59,937 nucleotides of DNA from IMG/VR virus record IMGVR_UViG_3300009512_000015, positions 1 to 59,937 of that record. One strand, written 5' to 3'. The translations under genes were made by a program, and so were the position numbers. Shown one piece after another: positions 1-9,687 of this stretch (position 1 is the first letter of the stretch; every line of letters starts with the position of its first letter). Source of the DNA: a virus. Taxonomy: Duplodnaviria > Caudoviricetes. The notes beneath the pieces were generated by a model. The model did no database searches, had not been told where the DNA came from, and worked only from the letters and a program-made list of their open reading frames with translations.

Positions 1-387
1 CGTTAGCCCATATTCTAAGCAACGGCTTGTTAAGAAAAAAGCCTTTTTAAGATTGCCTGAAAAAGTCGGTCTTTCTATACTTTCAAATGCATTTTTTTCT
101 TCATCAAACCAATCTAAAAACAAACGCATAGCTTCTAAAATAGGCGTTTTGCCTTCTAAGTAAGATAAATTTTGAGCTTTTAGCCAACTAAGTGTTAGCT
201 TGTCTGTACTAAAAGAATTTCCATAATTTTCATAAGAAGCAACATCTACCTGAACAAAAAATTCTTTGCCACTTAAATCTGATATTGCGCCTATCTCAAA
301 AATTTTAGCACTTGGCCCCACACCCATTGTTTCTAAATCAAGGTGCAAACTATCTTCTATACTCTCTTTGCTGTGTTTATTAGACAT
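1..387 (-). CDS. 3'-5' exonuclease/exoribonuclease, DEDD family (DUF5051/Rv2179c-like), truncated by window edge
   Basis: Absent from the ORF track because it is open to the edge. Manual translation from ATG at 387 gives MSNKHSKESIEDSLHLDLETMGVGPSAKIFEIGA, matching the DLET-x-G...I-x-x-IGA start of this family. The expected IWAN(G) motif at positions 1-16 is in a different frame. Confidence 0.7.
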   Translation of the reverse strand, partial: MSNKHSKESIEDSLHLDLETMGVGPSAKIFEIGAISDLSGKEFFVQVDVASYENYGNSFSTDKLTLSWLKAQNLSYLEGKTPILEAMRLFLDWFDEEKNAFESIERPTFSGNLKKAFFLTSRCLEYGLT

Positions 388-417
388 TTTGTATTTTCTC
401 TTTTTTTTAAATGTTTA

Positions 418-1425
418 TTAATCGTCTTCAAATATTTCATCAATAAGACCGCCTAAGTAAGACTCATCAATCTTATCTCCTTTAGTGTGCGTTTCATTTA
501 TTTTATAAATTAAATCAGCCATATAACTGTGATCAACACCAATTAATTGCTCACGCAATATAGGGATATCGTTAAGGTCTATGTTGCTTATTTGAAACAT
601 TATCTTAAGCATTTGACCAGCGGTTATCCTCCATCCGCGATTTATAAATTTTCTAGTGCGAAGAATAGATGCAACAGGATATAAACCGCCCTTATATATA
701 AGTGTTTTTGTCAAGATAGCTTCAAGAGCTTCTGGCGGAAGAACTACTTCATTTGTACTGCTACGGTAATAGCACATACAATGTGCAAAATCATAGTTAT
801 CGTGTATTTTATCAGGCTCTCCGTGAAACCTTATCACTAGCTGAATCTTGCCACTAAGCGAAATTGCGTTATTTGTAATATAAATAGGTCTATATTTATC
901 TTTTTCATCTAGACTTTTTTCAACAAGCTGCTCAGCTCCTTGTAAAACAGCATCTTCAACACTGTCTCTGCCTGCAGCCCAGCCGGATTTATACGCATTT
1001 GTTTCTGCATTATCTTCCAACACAGACAATGTTCTCGAAATAACGTCACTAATAGTTAGGTCATTTTCATCTTCAGTAGCAACACCTTCCGATTGCATCC
1101 AAATAACAATACGATCTTCTTCTTCGCCTCTTATATTCATTATTTTTTCTTCTTTAACTTTCGGCGCTGATATCAACCGTGGGTTAAGCTCGTTAAAAAT
1201 ATTTGAATAATACTCTGCAACTTCTTTTGCTATTTCTTTATTCTCAAAATAAATATCATAATCATTAGGCTTTTCGCCAAGTAGCATTGAAGTTATAGCG
1301 CCGCCAGTTACAATTGAATTTTGTTTAACTCTTAATCTAAGGCCTTCATCTGTTATGCTGTTATACCAGCTGTTTAATTTTTTACGTATAACTTTTTTAA
1401 TTGTAGATTTTTTCATTCCTGTCAT
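418..1425 (-). CDS. Pol-beta-superfamily nucleotidyltransferase-like protein
   Basis: VTGGAITSMLLGEKPNDYDIYF matches the hGG...D-x-D catalytic motif of CCA-adding/poly(A)-polymerase-type NTases; later YDFAHC. Confidence 0.65.
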   Translation of the reverse strand: MTGMKKSTIKKVIRKKLNSWYNSITDEGLRLRVKQNSIVTGGAITSMLLGEKPNDYDIYFENKEIAKEVAEYYSNIFNELNPRLISAPKVKEEKIMNIRGEEEDRIVIWMQSEGVATEDENDLTISDVISRTLSVLEDNAETNAYKSGWAAGRDSVEDAVLQGAEQLVEKSLDEKDKYRPIYITNNAISLSGKIQLVIRFHGEPDKIHDNYDFAHCMCYYRSSTNEVVLPPEALEAILTKTLIYKGGLYPVASILRTRKFINRGWRITAGQMLKIMFQISNIDLNDIPILREQLIGVDHSYMADLIYKINETHTKGDKIDESYLGGLIDEIFEDD

Positions 1426-1502
1426 TTTGTTAATCCCAATAAAGTAATTAATATGAATACAAGAGTAACAATAATTAGTGCTAAAAAGCCTTCATTATTC
1501 AT
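1422..1502 (-). CDS. 26-aa single-TM peptide
   Basis: Manual translation MNNEGFLALIIVTLVFILITLLGLTK*. It fills the gap exactly, and its stop overlaps the next start (ATGA). Confidence 0.5.
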   Translation of the reverse strand: MNNEGFLALIIVTLVFILITLLGLTK

Positions 1503-1504
1503 TT

Positions 1505-2350
1505 TTACACTTCATCGCTATAAACAGTCTGGTCGTCGAAACTATCTAAAAAGACAGACTTCTCCTGTATTTTATACGCTATAAATTTATGGTCATCTTT
1601 TGTTATCGCTACGTTGTGCCTACTGATAATGAACGGCGAAGCGTAGTTGTAGCAACGAGCGTGTCCTGTCGGGGCTTTTGCTGCTGGGAACTTTACAACC
1701 TTACAGGTGTTGTACTCAACTATTGTAGGTACAGCTATGTTGATACAAGCTCCGCTATCTGGCTTGATCAAACCAAATTCTTCTACATAGTTGAACGCTA
1801 TTCGATGTCCACCCATCTGAGTATTAGCATTGCCGTTTGGTCGAGTCTTGATGCCGCACTTGCCGCTGTTTATAACGTGATTCCATGTCACAAGCGACTG
1901 TGTGCCTTTTACGTAAATTGAGCTGTCTTCTGCGCCATCACTGCGGTTAGAACATATAGTCCAGTTTCTTGCTTCGCTCCCTGTTAGCACAATTCTGGCT
2001 AAACCTGTACAGACGTTAAAACGTACTATAGTATCATGCAAGGCATAGTTTCCGTAGATTAGTACACCAGCACCTGTATCTTGGCCGCTAGTCTTAGTAA
2101 TACGCTGTCCCTCGTAGTCTACAAAAGGGTCTGAACCAGGGTCGTTGTGCATTTCACAGTCTTCAACAACGATGTTACGAGATTCTCCTTCGCCTTTACA
2201 ACCAAGTACACCATACGTTACGTTTCTAAATTTGTAGTTCTTGATAGTGACGTTGCTTACGCCTGCGCTAATTGAAAATGCAATTTTTTCGTCTTCAATA
2301 AGCTGGCCTTTGCCGTCATACACGGTGTTACTTTTGCATTTAATAGTCAT
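1505..2350 (-). CDS. Right-handed parallel beta-helix (pectin-lyase-like) protein
   Basis: Recurrent beta-helix turns (NVTIKNYKFRN, NIVVEDCEMHN, TIVRFNVC, WTICSNRS, LVTWNHV, RIAFNYV, IVEYNTC); AGAGGT RBS. Confidence 0.6.
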   Translation of the reverse strand: MTIKCKSNTVYDGKGQLIEDEKIAFSISAGVSNVTIKNYKFRNVTYGVLGCKGEGESRNIVVEDCEMHNDPGSDPFVDYEGQRITKTSGQDTGAGVLIYGNYALHDTIVRFNVCTGLARIVLTGSEARNWTICSNRSDGAEDSSIYVKGTQSLVTWNHVINSGKCGIKTRPNGNANTQMGGHRIAFNYVEEFGLIKPDSGACINIAVPTIVEYNTCKVVKFPAAKAPTGHARCYNYASPFIISRHNVAITKDDHKFIAYKIQEKSVFLDSFDDQTVYSDEV

Positions 2351-2368
2351 ACTTTTTACCTCTTTAAT

Positions 2369-3694
2369 TTATAGTTTTTTTATATAAACCAGTGTATCTG
2401 CTGTATCTTTTTCTTCAAGCCGCCACTCTAAAAACCTTGGATTGCTTAAAGACCAGACACCACGTTTATCTTGAATAGTCTCTGTAAATTTAACAGAAAC
2501 AACACCCTCTTTATATTTACTCCAATTACTTGATACTTCAGCTCTTTCTTCGTCATTAAAGCCAGCAACATTTACAGCAAGATTTCCACATTCAGATACA
2601 CAAAGAAGCGAACCAAAACTATCTACATTTCTTCCTGATTCTTTACCTGGGTTCATTACAATGGCAATCAACTCACAAGTTTTTGTTGGCTTTACTTTTA
2701 GTTGGTCAAAAGACGTTCCGTTTTTCCAAAGACCTTTTGGGTTTTTAATAACAGCGCCTTCAAAGCCTAAAGATCTCCAGTGTTTATACCAAGCTTCTGC
2801 TTCAGAATACGATCTTACTATTGTTGTCTCTATTTTTTGTAAAGAATTATTTTTCTTTTCTAACAAATAAGAAAGCTCTTCAAGACGTTCTTCGTATATT
2901 CGCTTGTCTTCTTCTTCAGACAAAATCATGTCCCAAAGATCTAGAGAAAGCCAGTGTTCAGGAGGTAGCTTGCCTGTACCTTTAACTAAGTGGTTTATAA
3001 TCCCATTACCTTCTTTTCTATTGTATGTATAAACTGTGTTCAAAGATCTGTGTTTTACTAAAAGCTCGCCATGGTACTGATAGTTTGGTGACAACTTTTC
3101 TAAGCTTTTTTCAAGAATGTTACACATGTTTTTTGGCAAAATATGACCGCGACGGCTTGTTAAAACACAACCAGCATCAGAAACATTAACATTAACAAAC
3201 ATTCCATCAGCTTTTAGTTGGCAGTAAATACCTCTTTCCCATTCAAACCTGTCTAAATACTTTTGATCAGGCAAAGAACAACGCATATAGCCTGGTTTGT
3301 AAATTGTATTACTAACTGCGTTGTTTATTGAAGTTGCATTTATTCCACAAAGCAAATCTCTTTGTAACACTCTATATAAGAGCTTTGAAGAACTAGGGCT
3401 TAATTGTTCTAATTCTTTAACAACAGCTTCTGTTGCTGCGTTGCCAGAAAGAGCCCGACTTGTAAGTCCCTCTAATAAGCCATACGTGCCAATGTCCCAG
3501 TTTTTAACACTATGTTTGTTTGGGCTATATTCTATTTTTTTAATTCCATATGTATGTCTAATATCATATGTCATTTGTAAAATTTGTGTAAAGTCAGGGT
3601 CTTCCATAAATTCTTGCAAAAGACTTTCTTTTATTTTTGTACTACTTACGCTTTCAATTATTTCGAGGCAACCCATTATTGTGTTAGTTTCCAT
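2369..3694 (-). CDS. lig: ATP-dependent DNA ligase
   Basis: Motif I QLKADG, motif III YHGEL, motif IV FEGAVIK, motif V KVK, C-terminal PRFLEWR. Start moved to ATG 3694, which follows an AGGA RBS. Confidence 0.92.
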   Translation of the reverse strand: METNTIMGCLEIIESVSSTKIKESLLQEFMEDPDFTQILQMTYDIRHTYGIKKIEYSPNKHSVKNWDIGTYGLLEGLTSRALSGNAATEAVVKELEQLSPSSSKLLYRVLQRDLLCGINATSINNAVSNTIYKPGYMRCSLPDQKYLDRFEWERGIYCQLKADGMFVNVNVSDAGCVLTSRRGHILPKNMCNILEKSLEKLSPNYQYHGELLVKHRSLNTVYTYNRKEGNGIINHLVKGTGKLPPEHWLSLDLWDMILSEEEDKRIYEERLEELSYLLEKKNNSLQKIETTIVRSYSEAEAWYKHWRSLGFEGAVIKNPKGLWKNGTSFDQLKVKPTKTCELIAIVMNPGKESGRNVDSFGSLLCVSECGNLAVNVAGFNDEERAEVSSNWSKYKEGVVSVKFTETIQDKRGVWSLSNPRFLEWRLEEKDTADTLVYIKKL

Positions 3695-3896
3695 TAATAT
3701 TTTCCTTGCTTTCAAGCAAAGGTAGCCAGAGTCCATCTACCCACTCTAAAAGTTGTATTGCGTCTATTATTACAACCCAATCTTTAATATTGTTTTTCGG
3801 CATTCTCTTTGAAGTATAAAACTTACCTTCTTCATTCATAAGCAGATAAGTCTGCTTAATCGGTTCTACGTTTTTTGTTAGCATCACATGCTCCAT
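3684..3896 (-). CDS. hypothetical protein
   Basis: ORF packs between DUF4326 and ligase genes on the coding strand. Confidence 0.5.
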   Translation of the reverse strand: MEHVMLTKNVEPIKQTYLLMNEEGKFYTSKRMPKNNIKDWVVIIDAIQLLEWVDGLWLPLLESKENINGN

Positions 3897-4248
3897 AAAT
3901 TTTATTCCAATAAAAATCAGCTTCTGATAAAATAGCTAAACCGTGACAATGTTCTAAATTACCACAATCACAGCCTAGTGTTTTATTGTGTAGCTTTATA
4001 ATTGATTCTACAGCTTCGGGGTAATCATCTAACCAGATTTTTAGGTTGTTTGAAAATCTTTTAAGTTTTTGTTCTGGTGTAAAATATTTAGGTATTTTGT
4101 TTAATAATACTCTAAAATGTCTATTAGATTGACTACCGATATAAACATCATAAGGCTCTTTTTGACTGTTAACTACTTGCATTAAACATTTCATCCGATA
4201 GACTTTCTGATGACGACTTGTCAGAACTAATACTTTGCCAAGTATCAT
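3856..4248 (-). CDS. DUF4326-family protein
   Basis: YDVYIG and LHNKTLGCDCGNLEHCHGLAIL match the family signature (L-x-GK-x-LGC-x-C...CHG). The true start is probably a downstream Met. Confidence 0.7.
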   Translation of the reverse strand: MILGKVLVLTSRHQKVYRMKCLMQVVNSQKEPYDVYIGSQSNRHFRVLLNKIPKYFTPEQKLKRFSNNLKIWLDDYPEAVESIIKLHNKTLGCDCGNLEHCHGLAILSEADFYWNKIYGACDANKKRRTD

Positions 4249-4426
4249 TTTCAGAATTGTATTCTTTTCCTAAAGAAGCGTCAATTAAAATACCTCTATT
4301 ATGCGTGTTACCGATACCAAGACCGACTGTATACGGCTTTATTTTCGATTTTGCTAATCCTAGATTATTAGTCATAGAGACATTGCCGTCTTTTGTTACT
4401 ATTAAATACCTATATTTTAGTCTCAT
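4169..4426 (-). CDS. hypothetical protein
   Basis: ATG preceded by GAGAGGT RBS, just downstream of a hairpin. Confidence 0.6.
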   Translation of the reverse strand: MRLKYRYLIVTKDGNVSMTNNLGLAKSKIKPYTVGLGIGNTHNRGILIDASLGKEYNSENDTWQSISSDKSSSESLSDEMFNASS

Positions 4427-4445
4427 TTTAACCTCTCACGTTTTT

Positions 4446-4469
4446 AAGGGGCTCCCGAAGGAACCCCTT
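4446..4469 (-). terminator. cUUCGg-capped hairpin after RNR gene
   Basis: Minus strand AAGGGGTTCC-TTCG-GGAGCCCCTT; the following U-tract is weak. Confidence 0.65.
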
Positions 4470-4486
4470 TTTGTTTTAATTTTAAA

Positions 4487-6385
4487 CTATTTAATAGGAC
4501 ATGCACCTGCGTCACATTCATCACTGCTTTCATAGCTAGCGCTTTCAACATTTTTAATAATCTTTGTATTATTTAATAAGGTATTAAACTCTTCTTCTGT
4601 TATCTCTTCTAACGGCGCTTGCTCAAAACCGTGATCAGAGTGCAATAAAAAGCTTAAAGATTTAAAATTGTTTTTATAATGCTTATAAAGAAATTCTTTT
4701 ATTTCGGGTATTTCTTCTTTTTTATAATATACTGTACAAGACACGCTATTATCTGACCAAGAAGCTTGCATGTTTCTGACTTCTTGTAGCATGCTTATTG
4801 CTGTGTAGTCAGAAGCTACGGGTGTTCCTTCAGGGTATGCAAAAGGAAAAGTTACGCAAACTGTATCAAAGTCTTCAGTGCCATCAAGGTTCTTTTGAAA
4901 CTCTATTGGATAACCGTGCTCTCTGCAAACTTCAACTAGTTTATTATCGCTTGCAATTCGAATACGCCTGTTCATATATCTTGAGTATGCAGGATGTATT
5001 CCGGGCGTAACACCAGGAAGCAAAGATAATGTTCCTGAGGGCTTAACTGTAGTTAGCTTTATAGATTCAGGCATATCGTGCATTTCAGAGTATCTTACAT
5101 CAAAATCACGCAAGTATCGGTAGCCTTCATCCATCCAAGACCGTTGTTCGTCTGATGCTTGTAACACACCGGTGAGACCTATCCCCATACGCATATTCTT
5201 GTGAACAATTGTTTGAGTTTCGTGATGATGAGCTTTTAACATTAGAGAGTGTTTATTAATTCGGTATAAAAGCTCAATAATATCAGTAAACTCTTCTTTA
5301 GATTCAACATTCGGTAGAAAAACTTCAGAGAGACAACAAGTTTCATAAGGCGCTAAGCTTTGTTCAGCACAAGGGTTGTAACCCATTACTTCATGGTCTG
5401 GGTATTGTGTCTCGCCTAAACGACCAACTCTCCTAGACAGTTTTAAATTGATAAGACCGTAAGGTTCTCCTCGACCCTCGTATCCATCCCAGAAGTAATC
5501 GTGAAGATCACGTATATCATCACAAGCAACACTATTATTAGACATTGCTCGCCATTTAGGAATGCTGCCCATATCCCATCGTTTTGCTAAAAGAAATTCA
5601 ACATCATCGGGGTCTCCTATTGCAATTTGTGCAGACCTTCTTACATTTCCGGCAACAATAATATGGCCTATTAAATTCATGATATCTAGAGCATCAATAG
5701 GTCTTATTTTTCTTCCAGCTCTGGCTACTAGTACTTCTGAAATTTTAGCCATTCCCCATACTAAGTCTTCAGGCCCAGAAGCCGTTCCTCCAAAACCTTC
5801 AATAGGTGTACCTTTGCCCCTAACAACTTGCGTACTAAAAGTAAAAGTTCCTTGGTCTTTTCTTGAACTTAAAAATGCAGCTTTTAAGACCTTGCCTAAA
5901 AGTTTGCACCAGCCTTCTCTGGAATCAGGGACAATGAAATCAGCGCCTCCATCATTTACGCGAGTAGGTGGTTCAAACCAATCTCTAACTGCCGGTAATT
6001 TACTTATGTGTTCTTTTTGAATATTATAACCAACACCAGAGCCTAGTGCAAGCATGTCCATTGCCCAAGTAAATGGGCGAACAGGGTCATCTACTACTGT
6101 AAAGGCGCAATTTTGCAAAGAAGCTAGACCTAAGTCAGACACAGTGTCTGTTCCTAGCTGCCATAAAAAACGACCAGCTACGGAAGCTTTAAGACCTAAA
6201 AAGTACCCCCGTAGCCTATCTGTTTCATCTACATCAAAACCACAACGTAGCTGCTCTTCTGTAGCATTGATAACTCTTTCAATAGTGTCGGGAAACTCTT
6301 CAAATTCACCATTTTCCATTTTCCTTGAATAGGTTCTTTTGTAAGTAAGATAGCCTACTGTTGACCACGGTGTTTCTATTGTCAC
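4487..6385 (-). CDS. nrdJ: Class II adenosylcobalamin-dependent ribonucleotide reductase (monomeric RTPR type)
   Basis: LQNCAF, AGNVRRSA, catalytic NPCAEQ, TCCLSE, VKPSGT, C-terminal CDAGACPIK; no class I beta subunit nearby. Confidence 0.93.
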   Translation of the reverse strand: MTIETPWSTVGYLTYKRTYSRKMENGEFEEFPDTIERVINATEEQLRCGFDVDETDRLRGYFLGLKASVAGRFLWQLGTDTVSDLGLASLQNCAFTVVDDPVRPFTWAMDMLALGSGVGYNIQKEHISKLPAVRDWFEPPTRVNDGGADFIVPDSREGWCKLLGKVLKAAFLSSRKDQGTFTFSTQVVRGKGTPIEGFGGTASGPEDLVWGMAKISEVLVARAGRKIRPIDALDIMNLIGHIIVAGNVRRSAQIAIGDPDDVEFLLAKRWDMGSIPKWRAMSNNSVACDDIRDLHDYFWDGYEGRGEPYGLINLKLSRRVGRLGETQYPDHEVMGYNPCAEQSLAPYETCCLSEVFLPNVESKEEFTDIIELLYRINKHSLMLKAHHHETQTIVHKNMRMGIGLTGVLQASDEQRSWMDEGYRYLRDFDVRYSEMHDMPESIKLTTVKPSGTLSLLPGVTPGIHPAYSRYMNRRIRIASDNKLVEVCREHGYPIEFQKNLDGTEDFDTVCVTFPFAYPEGTPVASDYTAISMLQEVRNMQASWSDNSVSCTVYYKKEEIPEIKEFLYKHYKNNFKSLSFLLHSDHGFEQAPLEEITEEEFNTLLNNTKIIKNVESASYESSDECDAGACPIK

Positions 6386-6403
6386 ATTAACCTCATTCTT
6401 TGA

Positions 6404-8149
6404 TTAAGCTGTATGTTTAGACGGTTTCAAAAAGGGTGGTTTTAAAGGTTTTAACTTTGAAAACTTTTTGTCTGATTCCGTTTCTTTTTCTGGGTCTATA
6501 AACAACCCTTGCGTCAATCTACCAGTACTGTTGTCATAATGAAAGCCCGGAACAGGCCCTGTCAAGCCCGTAAATCTAGATTTCAACACAGAACATTTAA
6601 TACTGTTTCTAACGTCTTCGTCTTCATGCGTCATGTTTCTTGCAAAGGCTACAATATCAAATGAAACTTGTTTTATAGAGCCTGAACCTTTTATATCATC
6701 AATCGAAGGTAAACGACCTTCTTCAAAACTTTTACCACCAAGTGGCGCTTTTCTTAAATGAGAGACAAGACCGATCCATACACTAGGATATCGCTTTGCA
6801 AGTCTAAGAAGATTGTTCATCATTTTATCATGCGCTTCATTGCCATACAAATTGTCAACACCTTCCGAAGTTAGTATTGTTATATGGTCTATTAATAAGC
6901 CTGAAACTCCTTTAAGACACATATACTCCATTTGATCAATAGCTTGATCGTCTTTTAAAGAACCTTGATGATCTAAAACAATAAGCCGTTCTTCTGAGCC
7001 TTCTTCTCCAAAAACAGCATCAAAGCCTTTTTTAAGCTCTTCAATTGCAATAAGCTCTTCAGATGGATTTTTCTTCAAATACATTGCTGATAGGTTTCTA
7101 GCAGTTTCAGCAGGAGACTCTTCTAAAGAAAGTATTCCAAACTTTTCACCTCTATTAACAATTGCGTCTTCTAAAATTTCTCTTATTAAGGTTGTTTTGC
7201 CGGAGCCTGTTCCCGAAATAAATAAAGTTATTTCACCGCCACGACGACCCTTAAGCTTTGTGTTTAAACTATCAACACATGCTGGATACGGAATAGATTC
7301 TTTTTCATTGAAAGAAATTACTGAAGACCAAATATCTTCTCTGTTTATAATACCAGAAGGTGTTCTTGATTCAGCATTAAACATACAACGAAGTAGCTCT
7401 TCCCAACCATCTTTTTGAAGAACATCATTAGCATCAGCTCTGGGAAGGTTTACTACTTTAACCTTATCATAACCAATCTCTTTTACTGCTTTTTCAGTAG
7501 CTTTTTTACCAGCATCGTCTTCATCATAACAAATAATAACTTCATCAAAAGATCTTAAATACTCGCGGTTTTCTAAAGTTTTTATAGCAGAAGCAGAATG
7601 ACTAGAAACTACAGGATACATTCTTTTGTATTTTTTAAAATTAGCTACTTGTACTGAAAGCGCATCTAGTGCGCCTTCACAAAGAATAATACGCTTGCCA
7701 CCTCTTGCAAACCTTTCCATACCGAAAAGTCTATCAGTCTTAGGGCCTATCCATTTAAAAGCATCTTTTTTCTCTTTAGCTTGTATCCATTTTCTTTGCC
7801 AAGTTTTCCCACTGTCATATCCAAAAAATTGTGACTCTACTTTACCATTAATGTCGTAAGAAACTCTGACATCATAAAAATCTGTTACGCTTTTTTCAAT
7901 ACCTCTTGAAGTTAAAGGCGCAGAACGATAAGAGTCAATTTCTTCAAGGGTCTCTAGTTTTAAAAATTTTTCAAAGTTAGTTTTAATTGAAGGCGCATCT
8001 GTTTTACTTTTGTTAGAAGGGCTTTTTGATTTAAAGCTTTTTCCACAAGAAAAACAGTGAGAGCTACCATTTTCATATACCTGTCTTGCATTTGAAGACT
8101 CGCAAGTCTCGCTAAGACAAGGTTGATTTCTTTTTACAATTGTACCCAT
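6404..8149 (-). CDS. T7 gp4-like primase-helicase
   Basis: N-terminal Zn finger (C..C...HCFSC), TOPRIM CEGALDA and YDEDDAG, Walker A SGTGSGKT, IDHITI, VSHLRK, DIKGSGSIKQ, LKSRFTG. Confidence 0.95.
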   Translation of the reverse strand: MGTIVKRNQPCLSETCESSNARQVYENGSSHCFSCGKSFKSKSPSNKSKTDAPSIKTNFEKFLKLETLEEIDSYRSAPLTSRGIEKSVTDFYDVRVSYDINGKVESQFFGYDSGKTWQRKWIQAKEKKDAFKWIGPKTDRLFGMERFARGGKRIILCEGALDALSVQVANFKKYKRMYPVVSSHSASAIKTLENREYLRSFDEVIICYDEDDAGKKATEKAVKEIGYDKVKVVNLPRADANDVLQKDGWEELLRCMFNAESRTPSGIINREDIWSSVISFNEKESIPYPACVDSLNTKLKGRRGGEITLFISGTGSGKTTLIREILEDAIVNRGEKFGILSLEESPAETARNLSAMYLKKNPSEELIAIEELKKGFDAVFGEEGSEERLIVLDHQGSLKDDQAIDQMEYMCLKGVSGLLIDHITILTSEGVDNLYGNEAHDKMMNNLLRLAKRYPSVWIGLVSHLRKAPLGGKSFEEGRLPSIDDIKGSGSIKQVSFDIVAFARNMTHEDEDVRNSIKCSVLKSRFTGLTGPVPGFHYDNSTGRLTQGLFIDPEKETESDKKFSKLKPLKPPFLKPSKHTA

Positions 8150-8355
8150 TAGTGTTTTGTCTCCATAATGTTTGCAGCTTCTTTTGTCTTTTCGATTTGA
8201 TCATAAACACCAGTAATTGCAAAACCTGTTATAACGAAAGCAGCTCCAATTATAAAAAGGTCGGTAGGGTTTGAAAAAGTAAAAATACACCAAATACCTG
8301 AACTTACTAATAAGAAAAAACCGATAAGTTGTAAAACACCGCTAGTTACCTTCAT
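8149..8355 (-). CDS. small two-TM membrane protein
   Basis: Two hydrophobic stretches; start and stop overlap both neighbours. Confidence 0.6.
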   Translation of the reverse strand: MKVTSGVLQLIGFFLLVSSGIWCIFTFSNPTDLFIIGAAFVITGFAITGVYDQIEKTKEAANIMETKH

Positions 8356-8831
8356 TGAAACTGCTCCCAGTTTATTGATTTTTCTAATCTTTCTTTATGT
8401 CTGTTTGTTATTTGTTCGCTAACGTTCCATGTTACTTTGTCTATCATTCTATTATACCATGTGTTGCTAGTTGGGGCTTCTACTAAGCAAAGAGACCATG
8501 TCTCTGAATACGAGAGAGTTCCTTGACTGTGATACTGTTCTATACAGATAAAATCAAATTCATCATAATAAGGTCTTTCGGCGAAATGATGCTTAAGCGC
8601 TTTTGATGAAGACTTATAAGTCTTCCAACTAGCTTCTACACCTTTATTAGTCCGACCTCTTCCATAATAATTCTTTTTACCTAAATAAAACCTCTCTAAC
8701 ACTGTGTCCCTAATCACATAAATAAAGCCAGCATAATCTTTTCCACCCATTTGTTCTGGAAAAGACCAATGCCCATTATGTATATCAGGTGTTACCGTGG
8801 TCAACAGCGGTACCTTGCCTGTAAATGCCAT
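8352..8831 (-). CDS. GIY-YIG-like endonuclease
   Basis: GFIYVI...FYLGKK, conserved Glu (YSE) and WYN. Confidence 0.7.
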   Translation of the reverse strand: MAFTGKVPLLTTVTPDIHNGHWSFPEQMGGKDYAGFIYVIRDTVLERFYLGKKNYYGRGRTNKGVEASWKTYKSSSKALKHHFAERPYYDEFDFICIEQYHSQGTLSYSETWSLCLVEAPTSNTWYNRMIDKVTWNVSEQITNRHKERLEKSINWEQFQ

Positions 8832-8840
8832 ACTTGCCCC

Positions 8841-9677
8841 TTAGATTAAACCGTAACGTTTCATATCTTGGACAACTGGCCACTCTTCGAGACTAAACCA
8901 ATCTTCTAAATGACGCTGTATGTGTATAAGCTTTGCGTTCAATAATAGATTAGGATACCAGTCATCCCCATAGTACTCTATATACCGCTCTACACCAATC
9001 TCTTGAAAGTCTGAATCTTTTTCAATACTTGAAACAAGAGACTTGGCAGTTTTATCACCAACACCTGGAATACCAGGGATATTATCAGTAGGATCTCCTT
9101 TTAAAAGCTGTTCATAATAATGCCGACTAGCTTCAATTTCTGAGATTTCAATAACTTTTTTACTTTTCATATGGTAATACTTACCAGGGATGCATTTTAA
9201 GTCTTTATCAATAGAACACACAAAATAAGGTATACCTGCTTTTCGACATTCTATGGCCCAAATACGAACATAGTCGTCAGCCTCTCGGTACTGCGCAGCA
9301 ATAGCTAAATCATTAAGCACAAGAAGCTTTCTTAGTTCAGGGACAACTCTTGTTTGTGAAGCATAAGATGGGTCTCTTTTCTTCCTGTTAGCCTTGTATT
9401 CTGGATACAATTCACAGCGAAACTCTTTTGTGCCCTTGACAGCCATTATGTGTTCTTTACAAAAAAGCTTTGACTTAAGCTCTTCTAACAGTTTTAACAA
9501 ATTTTCCCAGCATTCTTCAAGATATTCTCTGTCTTCTTCAGGAGTAAATTCAAAAGGCACTCTGTTTCCGTTAGCATCTAAATGCTGTGTAACAACACCA
9601 TCAACAGCTTTCTTTCGCCACCTAGGGCTACAAGCATCATAGCATAGAATGTCTCCATCAATTATTGCAATTGCCAT
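8841..9677 (-). CDS. 5'-3' exonuclease (T7 gp6/FEN family)
   Basis: IIDGD, YPEYKANR, EADD, SIDKDL, GDPTDNIPGIPGVGDKTA. Confidence 0.93.
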   Translation of the reverse strand: MAIAIIDGDILCYDACSPRWRKKAVDGVVTQHLDANGNRVPFEFTPEEDREYLEECWENLLKLLEELKSKLFCKEHIMAVKGTKEFRCELYPEYKANRKKRDPSYASQTRVVPELRKLLVLNDLAIAAQYREADDYVRIWAIECRKAGIPYFVCSIDKDLKCIPGKYYHMKSKKVIEISEIEASRHYYEQLLKGDPTDNIPGIPGVGDKTAKSLVSSIEKDSDFQEIGVERYIEYYGDDWYPNLLLNAKLIHIQRHLEDWFSLEEWPVVQDMKRYGLI

Positions 9678-9687
9678 TTAAACTCCT

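Noticed and set aside
8352-8831. Intron-encoded homing endonuclease
   Set aside because: The flanking genes are intact and separate, and no intron or intein was evident in polA, nrdJ, terL or either RNAP.
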